Origin: Gemmatimonas sp. | Lineage (GTDB): Bacteria; Gemmatimonadota; Gemmatimonadetes; Gemmatimonadales; Gemmatimonadaceae | NCBI GenBank assembly: GCA_965279375.1 | Contig: OZ257156.1 | Coordinates: 4,800,001-4,864,000 of the forward strand | Direction: 5' to 3' | Length of the DNA: 64,000 nucleotides | Shown here: positions 1 to 9,530 of the stretch, one piece after another | Numbering within the stretch: position 1 is the first letter of the stretch | Layout of the letters: each line of letters starts with the position of its first letter | The notes under the pieces: model-generated | What the model was told of the DNA's origin: nothing | Seen by the model: the letters and a program-made list of their open reading frames with translations, nothing else | The model's database searches: none | Program-made: the position numbers and the translations under genes

Positions 1-435
1 AGCGCCGCACCTGGGACACTGATTTCGCAGGGCTGGCTGCCCGGAAAGGCGCTGCGCGAGCGGTTGCGTTGGTCCACCGCTGCCGACGGACAGGAACGCT
101 TCACGCGCACCATCAAGCTGGGCCCGTCGCATGCCCGCATCGAGGTGGAAGAGGATACCGATCAGGCGCTCTTCGGTGCGCTGTGGCCGCTGACCGCGTC
201 CGCCCGCATTCGCAAACGTCGCCATGTCGTGCCGCACGGAGATCATCGCTGGGAAATCGACGTCTTCCTCGATCGCGAACTGGTGCTGGCCGAGGTGGAG
301 CTGTCGAGCGAGTTCGAGGCGGCGGAGATTCCGGACTGGCTGGCCCCGTACGTCGTGCGCGACGTCACCGGGGAAACGCAGTATCTCAATGCGGTGATGG
401 CACAGCCTGACTCGTCGCACGGTGGTTCGGACTGA
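1..435 (+). CDS. CYTH-domain (class IV adenylate cyclase/triphosphatase-like) protein, 5'-truncated by window edge
   Basis: Frame open from base 1 (ISQGWLPG...RERLR). Contains RIEVEE, RIRKRR, WEIDVF, LAEVEL, DVTGETQYLN, typical CYTH motifs. Confidence 0.85.
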   Translation, partial: SAAPGTLISQGWLPGKALRERLRWSTAADGQERFTRTIKLGPSHARIEVEEDTDQALFGALWPLTASARIRKRRHVVPHGDHRWEIDVFLDRELVLAEVELSSEFEAAEIPDWLAPYVVRDVTGETQYLNAVMAQPDSSHGGSD

Positions 436-436
436 C

Positions 437-1660
437 ATGGCAGGCGACGCACTGCTCGCCACGATGCCGCCGATTCGCGATCGACGCGAGCGCGTGATCG
501 GCTATCTCGTGCACACCTGCCCCGCGACCGAGCGCCGCGGCACGGACGCTGGCACCGACGAGGCTCGAAAGACGGTCGACATGGTCGCCACGCTTTCGCG
601 ACTGGCCGGCAAGAGCATCGTGGTGCCCGTCACGCCAACGCTCGTGCGCGACGGAGCGCTCAGCCGCTTCGCTTCGGCAGATGCCGTGTGGTTGCTCTCT
701 ACCGACGCGCTCGATGATGCGCCCACGCGCAAGAGCGTCGACCGACTGCTCGGCGCGGGCTTCAACTTCGCGCTGGACGGTTTCCCCGAAGGCGCACCGC
801 TGCTCCCATCGCTTGTCGGTGCAACCATCCTGATCGACGCGCAGCGCATCTCCGCCGCGCAGTTGGAGAATCGCGTGCGCACGCTTCTGGACGCTGGGCT
901 ACGGCCTCTGGTGCGCAGTGTGGACGATCGCGCGATACGCCACCGCGTCATCGCGGCCGGGGCGCCGCTGCACACGGGGCGCCTGTTGACGCGAGCGGCG
1001 TCCACGCCCGTGGACCGACTGGCCGAAGCCAGTGTGCTGCGGGCGATCTCCATGCTCGCCGCATTCGCGGACGGACGGCCGGCGAACGCAGCGTTCGACG
1101 AGTACGTGCGCGATGATCCGCATCTGGCCGCGTCGCTGCTGCGGTCGATGCGCTCGGCGACCATGGGCGTGCGCGGGCCGAAATCGGTGGAGCACGCGCT
1201 CAACATGCTTGGGCGCGATGCGGTGATGGATCAACTCGTCGGCGTGGCGGCCTTTCTCATTGGCGAGACCGCACACGATCCGGAGTTGGCACTCATCGCG
1301 TTGCGCCGCGCACGCGTCTGTGAACAGGTGGGCGCCGCACTAGATCCGGCACCGCATCCACGCGCGCGCACCTTGGCCGGACTACTGTCTGTGCTCGAGT
1401 TTGCACTGGGCGTTCCGCCGAGCGTGCTGCTGTCACGCTTGAACCTGCCCAGCGTACTGGTGGACGCGCTGCTGGAGCGGCGCGAACCACTGGGACAATT
1501 ACTCGACGTGGTTGATGCCATGGAGTACGGCTGGTGGGATGACCTGCGAGCGCGCTGCGGCCGCCTTGGTATTGCGCCGTCCATCGTCGGCGACGCGTGG
1601 CTGGCCTCATGGCGTACGGCTCGCGAAGAACTGGGCTTCGCGCGAGCGGACACGACCTGA
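437..1660 (+). CDS. Degenerate EAL + HDOD domain signalling protein (YuxH-like)
   Basis: N-terminal PIRDRRERVIGY and FALDGF (EAL-like, no EAL motif). C-terminal DPHLAASLLR...SVEHALNMLG...GLLSVLE HDOD pattern. Confidence 0.75.
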   Translation: MAGDALLATMPPIRDRRERVIGYLVHTCPATERRGTDAGTDEARKTVDMVATLSRLAGKSIVVPVTPTLVRDGALSRFASADAVWLLSTDALDDAPTRKSVDRLLGAGFNFALDGFPEGAPLLPSLVGATILIDAQRISAAQLENRVRTLLDAGLRPLVRSVDDRAIRHRVIAAGAPLHTGRLLTRAASTPVDRLAEASVLRAISMLAAFADGRPANAAFDEYVRDDPHLAASLLRSMRSATMGVRGPKSVEHALNMLGRDAVMDQLVGVAAFLIGETAHDPELALIALRRARVCEQVGAALDPAPHPRARTLAGLLSVLEFALGVPPSVLLSRLNLPSVLVDALLERREPLGQLLDVVDAMEYGWWDDLRARCGRLGIAPSIVGDAWLASWRTAREELGFARADTT

Positions 1661-1671
1661 CAGATTTCCGT

Positions 1672-2199
1672 ATGCCCCAGACCGCCCGCGCTTATCTGCT
1701 GGACCGATTCCGCTCTGACGCCGTCGCACTCCGCGCGCGCGCGGATACTCTTGGTGCAGCTCCGCGAAAGGCTGCGCCGACGCCTGGACCGGACGCAGCC
1801 ATGTCGCTTCGCATGGCGAACGCGTGCGATGCGGTCGTCGCGATGATCGACGCCGTGCCCGAGGCACCCGACGCGGCCCGCGCGCTCGGTGCCATCGCCG
1901 AGCTGATCCCGCTGCTCGAGCATCGCGCCGCGCAGGAGCAAGGCGCACCACCGGTGCGCGCGGTCTACCTCGGTGCCGCCACGCGCATTCGTGAAGTACA
2001 GGCCGCTGAGTCGAAGGCTGCAGAATCGGTCAACGCCTCCACTCATGACAAAGACGTCATCCACCACGATGGCGAGCAGGACCTGGACGACGAAGCGCTC
2101 AGCGGTGATCTCGAGGACGACATCGATGACGATTCGGATGACGAGACCGATGATGACGATGTCGACGACGACGAACTGCATCCGGGGACGCCACTGTGA
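1672..2199 (+). CDS. Hypothetical protein with highly acidic C-terminal tail
   Basis: ORF between co-oriented genes; overlaps hslR start (GTGA). Asp/Glu-rich tail DLEDDIDDDSDDETDDDDVDDDE. Confidence 0.7.
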   Translation: MPQTARAYLLDRFRSDAVALRARADTLGAAPRKAAPTPGPDAAMSLRMANACDAVVAMIDAVPEAPDAARALGAIAELIPLLEHRAAQEQGAPPVRAVYLGAATRIREVQAAESKAAESVNASTHDKDVIHHDGEQDLDDEALSGDLEDDIDDDSDDETDDDDVDDDELHPGTPL

Positions 2200-2636
2200 G
2201 CAAGCGGCACGGTGCGCCGCCCGCTGCAGAGCCGGATGACGACGACAACACACCTGCCGGTAAGGTGCGTCTCGACAAGTGGCTGTGGGCCGCGCGGTTC
2301 TTCAAGACGCGCGCGCTTGCGGCCGAAGCGATCGACGGCGGCAAGGTCGATGTGAACGGCGATCGTGCAAAGCGCGCCAAGCTCGTGCAAGCGGGTGATC
2401 ATGTGCGACTGCGCAACGGCCCCATCGAGTGGCAGCTTGAAGTGACGGGCATCGCCGAGCGTCGCGGCTCTGCGGAAACTGCGCACGGACTCTATCAGGA
2501 AACAGCCGCAGGTCGCGCACGCCGTGAGCAGGTGCAGGAGCATTTGCGCTCGATGCCAACGGCATTTGCATACGGCGAAAGCAAACCCGGCAAGCATGAT
2601 CGTCGCGCGATTCGACGACTCAAGGGTGACGATTGA
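2196..2636 (+). CDS. hslR: Ribosome-associated heat shock protein Hsp15 (S4 domain)
   Basis: VRLDKWLWAARFFKTRALAAEAIDGGKV signature and C-terminal KPGKHDRR. Confidence 0.93.
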   Translation: MSKRHGAPPAAEPDDDDNTPAGKVRLDKWLWAARFFKTRALAAEAIDGGKVDVNGDRAKRAKLVQAGDHVRLRNGPIEWQLEVTGIAERRGSAETAHGLYQETAAGRARREQVQEHLRSMPTAFAYGESKPGKHDRRAIRRLKGDD

Positions 2637-2716
2637 ATTGATTGCAGCACTATCTATGCTGCATGACGTGACACATTGTTCTTTGTAGGAAGCGCGCTCT
2701 CTCGCGCACACGACTT

Positions 2717-2740
2717 GCGAATGAAAATCATTTCATTTGC
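2717..2740. promoter_or_regulatory. AT-rich inverted repeat, Fur-box-like candidate operator
   Basis: GCGAATGAAA-ATCA-TTTCATTTGC in an AT-rich intergenic region upstream of the response regulator. Confidence 0.4.
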
Positions 2741-2899
2741 GCTACATTCGTAGGATGTGCATTTAACGCACGACCGACAGCAACAGCTGTGCTCGTCGCG
2801 CTGCGCGACCCACGGCACCCGCAGTTCTGCGCTGCTGCACCCGTCTCTTTAGCGGGCAGCGCCTGACAGCGCGGACGCTGTCCTCCTCCTGTGACAATC

Positions 2900-3577
2900 A
2901 TGCGCATCCTGATCATCGGCTCCGACGACGTCGGCGCCGCACAATTGGGTCGTTCGTTGGAACTCAGCGGCTGCAACGTGTCCACGGCGGCGCACGACTC
3001 TGCTGCGCGATCGATGGCCGTGTCCGACGCTATCGACGCCATCGTTGTGCACCGCAACGGGTCCGACGAGAGCACGCCAGCCTTTATCGCGTCGCTCCGT
3101 GCCGAGGGCGTGATTGCCGTGCTCTTCGCTGTCTGTGACCGCGACGCCACCGACCACGCCGTACAACTCCTCGACGCCGGAGCCGATGGCGTGCTGGACG
3201 CGCCGTACGTTGGTGTGCGCATGGCGGCGCAGATCCGTGCGGTCGTGCGACGCGCGTCGACTACCACCACGGAATCCGTGCAGGTGGGCGATCTGCTCAT
3301 CAATCGCGTGAGTCACCGCGTGTCGATCGCTGGAACGCCATTGCTGCTTACAGCTCGACAGTACGCGTTGCTCGAGTATCTCGCGCTGCGATCCGGCACG
3401 ACCGTCCTGCGCAGCACGCTCATCGCCCATGTGTGGAAGCTGCAATTCGACCCGGGCTCGAACGTCGTAGACGTGCACGTCGCACAACTACGCAAACGTC
3501 TTCGCGACGCCGGAAGTGTGACGTCACTGCGCACCGTGCGCGGCGAAGGCTACGCACTCGACGCCAGCGCCGACTAG
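2900..3577 (+). CDS. OmpR/PhoB-family response regulator with atypical (pseudo-)receiver
   Basis: Winged-helix C-terminus LTARQYALLEYL...SNVVDVHVAQLRKRL...TVRGEGY. Receiver lacks the phospho-Asp, Thr and Lys. Confidence 0.85.
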   Translation: MRILIIGSDDVGAAQLGRSLELSGCNVSTAAHDSAARSMAVSDAIDAIVVHRNGSDESTPAFIASLRAEGVIAVLFAVCDRDATDHAVQLLDAGADGVLDAPYVGVRMAAQIRAVVRRASTTTTESVQVGDLLINRVSHRVSIAGTPLLLTARQYALLEYLALRSGTTVLRSTLIAHVWKLQFDPGSNVVDVHVAQLRKRLRDAGSVTSLRTVRGEGYALDASAD

Positions 3578-3933
3578 CTCCGCCGCGTGATCGACGAGAG
3601 TCGGGCCGCGGCAGCGTGCATCGCCTCGTCGTCGGCCGCGGCCGTTGCATCGAGCCACACTACCGGCAGCTCCGGCCGAAGCACTCGAAGCGTCTCCCGC
3701 ATGGCAGGCGCTTGCACCGCGACCACATAGATCAGCCCCGCATCGGCGAGGCACTTGGCCGCCTCGACCTCGCGTCCGCTCAGCAACACTCGAAGCCCGA
3801 GCGGCTGCAGGAACGTTCGCCACGCGCGTCTCCGTAACGCATCGTCGATGTGCACCAGCACGGCGGCGCGCGTCGTATCGATGCGACTCCCGTCCCCCGA
3901 CGCCGTCGACGGGCTCTCGTGACGATCAACCAT
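3574..3933 (-). CDS. Hypothetical protein, weak receiver-like N-terminus
   Basis: Last gene of a - strand operon; overlaps the esterase stop. VLVHIDDALRRRAWRTFLQPLGLRV resembles REC beta1-alpha1. Confidence 0.55.
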   Translation of the reverse strand: MVDRHESPSTASGDGSRIDTTRAAVLVHIDDALRRRAWRTFLQPLGLRVLLSGREVEAAKCLADAGLIYVVAVQAPAMRETLRVLRPELPVVWLDATAAADDEAMHAAAARLSSITRRS

Positions 3934-4657
3934 GCGGCTGTGCCAACAGTTCTCGCAGTAGCGAGCTGTCGAGTCGGTGTGCGCCCATGAACCGACGCTC
4001 CACCGGCGACGGATGCACTGCCTGCGCCGACGCGCGGAACTGCGCCAGCATCTCCGGCGTGGCGAAATGATCCTCGTCTCCCGCCACGAGGGTCAGCGCG
4101 CTGCGAGACAGTGCTGAACGCAGCACGACCGCATCCACATCGTGCGCGAAGCCTCCCGCCCACGCGATGACGTGAGTCGGGCGAACGCCGCCGCTAGCAA
4201 TCCAGCGCAACGCCGTCACCACTCCCTGCGAGAATCCCAACACGCCCACCGCCGGAGCGGCGCCGCGTGCGCCTGTGGAGCGCGAGATGACCTCGTGAGC
4301 CAGGGATGTCAGCCAGCGCATCGCATCGCGAATCTCCAACTCTCTCGCCTCTCGCGTGAGCCAGCTTGCGCCGACGCGCTGCAGATGACCGCCGTCGGTG
4401 CGCGGCGCTTCGAGGTAGAAACGCGACAACGCCTCCGGCGCGATGACACAGGTGTCGGGTGGCACCACGCCTTCGAACGGACGCACGAAGCGCGCGGCGA
4501 GCTGTCCGTACCCGTGAAGCACGAACCAGACGCACGCAGCGTCTTCAGGCTCAGCGCCCAGCGTCGCATAGCGTGCCGTACGCGTGGTCTCCCGCTCGAC
4601 CACGCGGATCGGCGCTCCATCGGAGGACGCGGCCGCACCGGCATCCGCAGCCGTCAC
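3926..4657 (-). CDS. Alpha/beta hydrolase (phospholipase/carboxylesterase family)
   Basis: LHGYGQ oxyanion loop, GFSQG nucleophile elbow, GDED and GAH triad residues. Confidence 0.88.
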   Translation of the reverse strand: MTAADAGAAASSDGAPIRVVERETTRTARYATLGAEPEDAACVWFVLHGYGQLAARFVRPFEGVVPPDTCVIAPEALSRFYLEAPRTDGGHLQRVGASWLTREARELEIRDAMRWLTSLAHEVISRSTGARGAAPAVGVLGFSQGVVTALRWIASGGVRPTHVIAWAGGFAHDVDAVVLRSALSRSALTLVAGDEDHFATPEMLAQFRASAQAVHPSPVERRFMGAHRLDSSLLRELLAQPHG

Positions 4658-5052
4658 GGGCAGTAGGCGATGGCCGATATCTCCACGAGAATGCCGCGGA
4701 GCGATGCGCCGACGACGGCACGTGTCGGATACGGCGGCGAGAATACAGTCTGATAGATCCGGTTCACCGTCCCCCAGTCATCTTCGTCCGTGAGGTAGAT
4801 CGTCACGCTCACGACGTCGGTCAGCGCCAGCCCACCGGCCTTGAGCACACGTTCAACGTTGGCGAGGGTGACTGCCGTCTGTTCTTCGATCGTGGTGCCC
4901 ACGATTTGGCCGGTCGCCGGATCCCTCGGCGTCTGTCCTGATACGAAATACAGGTTGCCGGCACGCACTCCGGGGGAGTAGGCTCCCGCAGGTGGTGGAA
5001 GGTCGGGCAGCGCCACGGGGGTCCAGTGGCGGTCGCTCGGGGCGGGGCTCAT
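4654..5052 (-). CDS. RidA/YjgF/UK114 family imine deaminase
   Basis: GAYSPG, FVSGQ, PYPTRAVV (conserved Arg), LVEISAIA. Confidence 0.92.
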   Translation of the reverse strand: MSPAPSDRHWTPVALPDLPPPAGAYSPGVRAGNLYFVSGQTPRDPATGQIVGTTIEEQTAVTLANVERVLKAGGLALTDVVSVTIYLTDEDDWGTVNRIYQTVFSPPYPTRAVVGASLRGILVEISAIAYCP

Positions 5053-5078
5053 CGTGAAGGCTCACAGTCGGAGGCGGA

Positions 5079-6218
5079 ATGGCGACGTATCTCGAACAGC
5101 TCGAGACGCCGGTGCCGGTGGTCGATCTCGACCGGCTTGCACTGAATCTGGACCGGATGGCCGCATACGCCACCCTGCACGGGCTGCGATTGCGGCCGCA
5201 TGTGAAGACGCACAAGTCGCCGCGCATCGCCGCCGAGCAGATGCGACTCGGTGCTGTGGGCCTCACCTGCGCGACGTTGCGTGAAGCGGAAGTGATGGCG
5301 GAGACCTGCGACGATCTGTTGCTCGCCTATCCGCCCGTGGGCGCGGCCCGTCTCGAGCGGATGGCGCGGCTGCCGCGCGACGTGCGCGTGACCGTGGCCG
5401 CCGACGATGGACAGGCGCTTCAGGCCCTCGCACTCGCCGCCAAGCTTGGTCGACGCGAGATCGACGTCATGATTGAAGCGGACCTCGGCATGCATCGCGT
5501 TGGCGTGTCGTCGCCGGCCAAGGCGGTGGCGCTGGCCAGGCAGGTGGCCGAAATGTCCGCGCTCAACTTCACCGGTCTGCTCTTCTATCCCGGGCACATC
5601 CGCGAGTCCGTGGACCAGCAGCACGCGTCGCTCACGCAGCTCAACGCAGATCTCTCCGCTTTCATTGGCGCGCTGACGGAGGCCGGGCTTCCGCCGCAGG
5701 TCGTCAGTGGCGGTTCCACGCCCGCGGCCTGGCGCATGCATGAGGTGCCCGGTGTGAATGAGGTACGCCCCGGCACCTACGTCTACAACGACCGCACCAC
5801 CGCCAACATCGGTGCGTGCGATTGGGACGATTGCGCGCTCACCGTGCTGGCCACCGTCGTCAGTGTCGCGGTGAAAGGCCAAGCCGTGATCGATGCCGGT
5901 ACGAAGGCGCTCGGTCGCGAACCGCTGCGCGCAGAAGGCGAGGGCTTTGGTGCGCTGCTCGACCATCCCGAGGTGGTCGTGTCGCGCATGTCGGAGGAGC
6001 ATGGCATTCTCGATCTGTCCAAGACCGATTGGCGGCCGCGGCTGGGCGATCAGGTCCGCGTCGTCCCCAATCACGTGTGCATCGTCGTGCACCTGTTCGA
6101 CGAGATCGTCGGTGTCCGCGGACACGCCGTGGAAACGCGCTGGCCGGTGGCGGCGCGCGGACGTGGACCCGCGTTCGACACAGCCCCCGAAGGCCCCTCG
6201 CGACCGCGCGCCGTTTAA
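5079..6218 (+). CDS. Fold-type III PLP enzyme, D-serine dehydratase/D-threonine aldolase (DSD1/D-TA) family
   Basis: LRPHVKTHK (PLP Lys), SGGSTP, EVRPGTYVYND, SEEHG, VPNHVC metal-binding motif. Confidence 0.9.
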   Translation: MATYLEQLETPVPVVDLDRLALNLDRMAAYATLHGLRLRPHVKTHKSPRIAAEQMRLGAVGLTCATLREAEVMAETCDDLLLAYPPVGAARLERMARLPRDVRVTVAADDGQALQALALAAKLGRREIDVMIEADLGMHRVGVSSPAKAVALARQVAEMSALNFTGLLFYPGHIRESVDQQHASLTQLNADLSAFIGALTEAGLPPQVVSGGSTPAAWRMHEVPGVNEVRPGTYVYNDRTTANIGACDWDDCALTVLATVVSVAVKGQAVIDAGTKALGREPLRAEGEGFGALLDHPEVVVSRMSEEHGILDLSKTDWRPRLGDQVRVVPNHVCIVVHLFDEIVGVRGHAVETRWPVAARGRGPAFDTAPEGPSRPRAV

Positions 6219-6290
6219 CCACGCGGCGCGCGGAACCTCCGGTTCGTCCCCGCATTTGCGCCGCGCAGCAGCGAGCGGTACGCTAGGCGC

Positions 6291-6878
6291 ATGAGCGCAC
6301 CTTCAGGGGAGATAACGGCCGCATTGGCGGACCTGCGGCAGCAGGTCCCTGGCGCGGCCGATCGATTGGCCAGACTGGTGGTGCACGACCTGCATCGCAT
6401 CGCCGAAATCGCCATGCGGCGCGAAGTCCCCGGCCACACGCTGCAGCCGACCGAACTGGTGAACGAGGCCTTTTTGCGTCTGCTCGGCAGCGAACCGATC
6501 GCCTTTGCCGACCGTGCGCACTTCTACGCCATCGCGGCGCAGACCTTCCGTCGTCTGCTCGTCGACCATGCGCGTCGGCGGCGCTCGGTCAAGCGAGATG
6601 CCGGCGTGCGCGTGCCTCTCGACGATCACGTCACGGTCGTCGACGGTCCCTCGCTGGACTTGATCGCGCTCGACGATGCTCTGCAGGGGTTGGAACGAGT
6701 CGCCCCGCGCCAAGCGCGCGTCGTCGAGCTGCGCTACTTCGGTGGACTCACCGTGGAGGAAACGGCCGAGGTGCTCATCGCGTCGCCCGCGACGATCAAG
6801 CGCGATTGGGCCTTCGCGCGCGCCATTCTGCTGCGAGCGCTGGAACCCACCTTCCCGTCGTCCACCGACACGGCATGA
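6291..6878 (+). CDS. ECF-type RNA polymerase sigma factor (kinase-associated, ECF43-like)
   Basis: HTLQPTELVNEAFLRL, RQARVVELRYFGGLTVEETAE, TIKRDWAFAR. Stop overlaps the kinase start (ATGA). Confidence 0.92.
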   Translation: MSAPSGEITAALADLRQQVPGAADRLARLVVHDLHRIAEIAMRREVPGHTLQPTELVNEAFLRLLGSEPIAFADRAHFYAIAAQTFRRLLVDHARRRRSVKRDAGVRVPLDDHVTVVDGPSLDLIALDDALQGLERVAPRQARVVELRYFGGLTVEETAEVLIASPATIKRDWAFARAILLRALEPTFPSSTDTA

Positions 6879-9400
6879 CGCCCTTCGAGTTCACGGCGGA
6901 GCAGGCCGCGCAGTTGGAGGCGCTCTTCGATGCGGCGCTTAACACCGACGCCAACGGGCGCGCCGCGCTGTTGGTGGAGACCGCCTCGCGTGATCCACTC
7001 CTGGCATCCGAGCTCTCTGAGCTGTTGGCCGCGCATGACAGCGGACGCTCGCTCGGGATCTCGCCCTTGGCCTCTGCGCTGCGCGAGATGCATCACGAAT
7101 CGATGCGTCTCGGACCTTGGGCCGTGGGCCGGCAGATCGGCGCTGGTGGCATGGGCACCGTGCATGAAGCGGTGCGCGCCGATGATCAGTACCAGCAGCG
7201 CGTGGCCATCAAGTTTCTGCGTCGTATCGCCGACGGCGACGTGGCTGCGCAGCGCTTTCGCAGGGAACGGCAGATGCTCGCGTCGCTGCAGCATCCGCGC
7301 ATCGCAGCACTGCTCGACGGTGGCGTCACGCCCGACGGGCAGCCGTACTTCGTCATGGAACACATCGACGGCGTGCCCATCACGACATGGTGCGCCACGC
7401 AGCGACTCTCCGTGCGTGAGCGGCTTCGGCTCTTTCACGACGTCTGCGATGCCGTGCGCGCGGCGCATCGCCAGCTGATCGTCCACCGCGACCTCAAGCC
7501 GGGCAACATTCTCGTCACTGCTGACGGCGCCGTGAAGCTGCTCGACTTCGGCATCGCGCGGCTGCTCAGCGACGGCGACGAGGGCGCGCAAACGCACACG
7601 GCAGTCGGCGCTCGTGCCTTCACCCCAGAGTACGCCGCGCCCGAACAGATCCGAGGGGAGCGCACCGCCACCGCGGCCGATGTCTACGCGCTCGGCGTGG
7701 TGCTCTTCGAACTGCTCACCGGTCGTCGACCGCTCGCCGTGAGCGGACTCTCGATGGACGCGATGGAGCGCATCGTGCGCGAGCAGGAAGCACCGCGCGC
7801 CAGCAGTCAGCTCACGCAAGCCCACGCCGAGTCGCTCGGATTGCGGTCCATCGAACGCGCTCGCCGAGAGATTGCCGGCGATCTCGACGCGATCATCGGC
7901 ATGGCGCTGCGCAAGGAACCCGACCGACGGTACTCGTCCGTGGACGCGTTCATGGACGACGTGCAGCGGCATCTGGCGGGAGCGCCGGTCAGCGCCCGCC
8001 CCGATGGCGTCGGCTATCGGCTGGGAAAATTCGTGCGGCGGCGACGCGTGGAAACGGCGGCGGCAGTCATTGCAGTCGTGTCGCTGGTGGGCGGAACCGC
8101 AGCCGCAGTGCAGCAGGCCACGCGTGCCACGCAGGAGGCCGAGCGCGCGACCGAGGTGCTGTCGTTCCTCACCGACATGCTTGGCGCGGCCAAGCCCGAC
8201 GCGCTCGGGCCGGATACGAAGATCCGGGAAGTCATGGACACCGCCGCGTTGCGCCTCGATGCAGCGGCGCCGTCGCCCGCACTTGAAGCGGAGTTGCGAC
8301 GCATCATTGGCGGCACTTATCTCGCGCTGGGAGAGTACGCCACCGCCGACTCGCAATTCCAGCGCAGTCTCGCTGCGATGCAGCGTGCGTCGCGTCCCGA
8401 CGATGCGCAGCGTGCGCGTGTGCTCCTCGACGCCGGCATCGCACGATTGGAGCTCGGTCGATTCGCCGAAGCGGACTCCGTATTGCACGACGTGTCCAGA
8501 CTGCACGCGTCGCTGCGCAACATCACGCCGCTCGAACGATCGACGCTGCTCGACACGCGCGCACAGGTGCTGAGCCGACTCGGTCGCAACGCTGAGGCGC
8601 TGCCGCTCTTCCGCGAATCCCTCGTGCTGCACCGACAGTACTTCCCCGACGATGCGGAAAGCGCAGTGCCCACGTATGTGTCGGCGGCCGTGGTGGCCAG
8701 CGATCTCGGCTTCCACGCAGCCGCCGATTCGTTGCTGCAGCAAGCGCTCGCGCTCGAAGCTCGGGATCCCACATCCAACGGTACGCGCCGTACCGGCATT
8801 CTCTCGGTGCGGGCGGGCACCCTCGAGCGACTGGGGCAGATGGACTCTGCCGAGGCCACGTACCGCGAAGTGGTGACGCTGCGAGAGAAGTTGCTGGGCC
8901 CCGGGCATCCAGCGCTCGCGATGACCATGATGAACCTCGGTGACCATTTGCGGCGACGCGGGCGCTACGCGGAATCGGCGCAGTTCACTCGGCGCGTCGT
9001 AGCGCTGCGTGGTGGCTCCCTCGACGAAACGCACCCGGCGCTCGCGGCGGCGATGATGCAACTCGGCCTGGCCCTCGGCAAACTCGACTCGGCCGCTGTG
9101 GGAGAACGCTGGGTCCGGGAAGCGCTGCGCTTACGCACGGCGTCGCTGCCTGATGGACACTGGCTGCTGGCGTCAACGCGCGGCGCACTGGGTGAGGTGC
9201 TCACCGGCGCGGGGCGATATCCCGAGGCGGAGGCGTTGCTGTTGCCCGCGGAGCGTCAGCTCAGCGCCGAGCTGTCGCACAACAACCAGCCTGTGCAGGA
9301 CGTGTGGGGCCGGCTGATCGCGCTGTACAGGGCGTGGAAGCGCCCGGCTGAGGTCGCCCGATGGCAGGAACGCGTCGCGCAAGCGCGAAAGGCGGGCTAG
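6875..9400 (+). CDS. Hanks-type Ser/Thr kinase with TM segment and TPR-like C-terminal region
   Basis: GAGGMGTV, VAIK, HRDLKPGN, DFG, YAAPE motifs; hydrophobic segment after RRRR; repeated GPGHP/ETHP TPR-like helices. Confidence 0.93.
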   Translation: MTPFEFTAEQAAQLEALFDAALNTDANGRAALLVETASRDPLLASELSELLAAHDSGRSLGISPLASALREMHHESMRLGPWAVGRQIGAGGMGTVHEAVRADDQYQQRVAIKFLRRIADGDVAAQRFRRERQMLASLQHPRIAALLDGGVTPDGQPYFVMEHIDGVPITTWCATQRLSVRERLRLFHDVCDAVRAAHRQLIVHRDLKPGNILVTADGAVKLLDFGIARLLSDGDEGAQTHTAVGARAFTPEYAAPEQIRGERTATAADVYALGVVLFELLTGRRPLAVSGLSMDAMERIVREQEAPRASSQLTQAHAESLGLRSIERARREIAGDLDAIIGMALRKEPDRRYSSVDAFMDDVQRHLAGAPVSARPDGVGYRLGKFVRRRRVETAAAVIAVVSLVGGTAAAVQQATRATQEAERATEVLSFLTDMLGAAKPDALGPDTKIREVMDTAALRLDAAAPSPALEAELRRIIGGTYLALGEYATADSQFQRSLAAMQRASRPDDAQRARVLLDAGIARLELGRFAEADSVLHDVSRLHASLRNITPLERSTLLDTRAQVLSRLGRNAEALPLFRESLVLHRQYFPDDAESAVPTYVSAAVVASDLGFHAAADSLLQQALALEARDPTSNGTRRTGILSVRAGTLERLGQMDSAEATYREVVTLREKLLGPGHPALAMTMMNLGDHLRRRGRYAESAQFTRRVVALRGGSLDETHPALAAAMMQLGLALGKLDSAAVGERWVREALRLRTASLPDGHWLLASTRGALGEVLTGAGRYPEAEALLLPAERQLSAELSHNNQPVQDVWGRLIALYRAWKRPAEVARWQERVAQARKAG

Positions 9401-9530
9401 GAGAGGCAGGCTGAGCAGCACGTGCAAAGAGCGGAACGGTGGCGAGCTGGCAGGAGGATGAGCCGGTTTTCACCCATTCTTCGCGAATACCGGTAGCGAT
9501 CCCACTACAACGCTCACCGGACTCTCTGTC

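Noticed and set aside
437..1000. Active c-di-GMP phosphodiesterase
   Set aside because: EAL motif absent and the DDFG loop is altered (LDGFP).
6734..9061. Long antisense ORFs (also 21792-23798 +, 34431-36395 +, 40281-42251 +, 51886-53949 +, 58504-60240 -)
   Set aside because: They mirror well-supported genes on the opposite strand, show no family motifs, and are expected from GC-rich codon bias.
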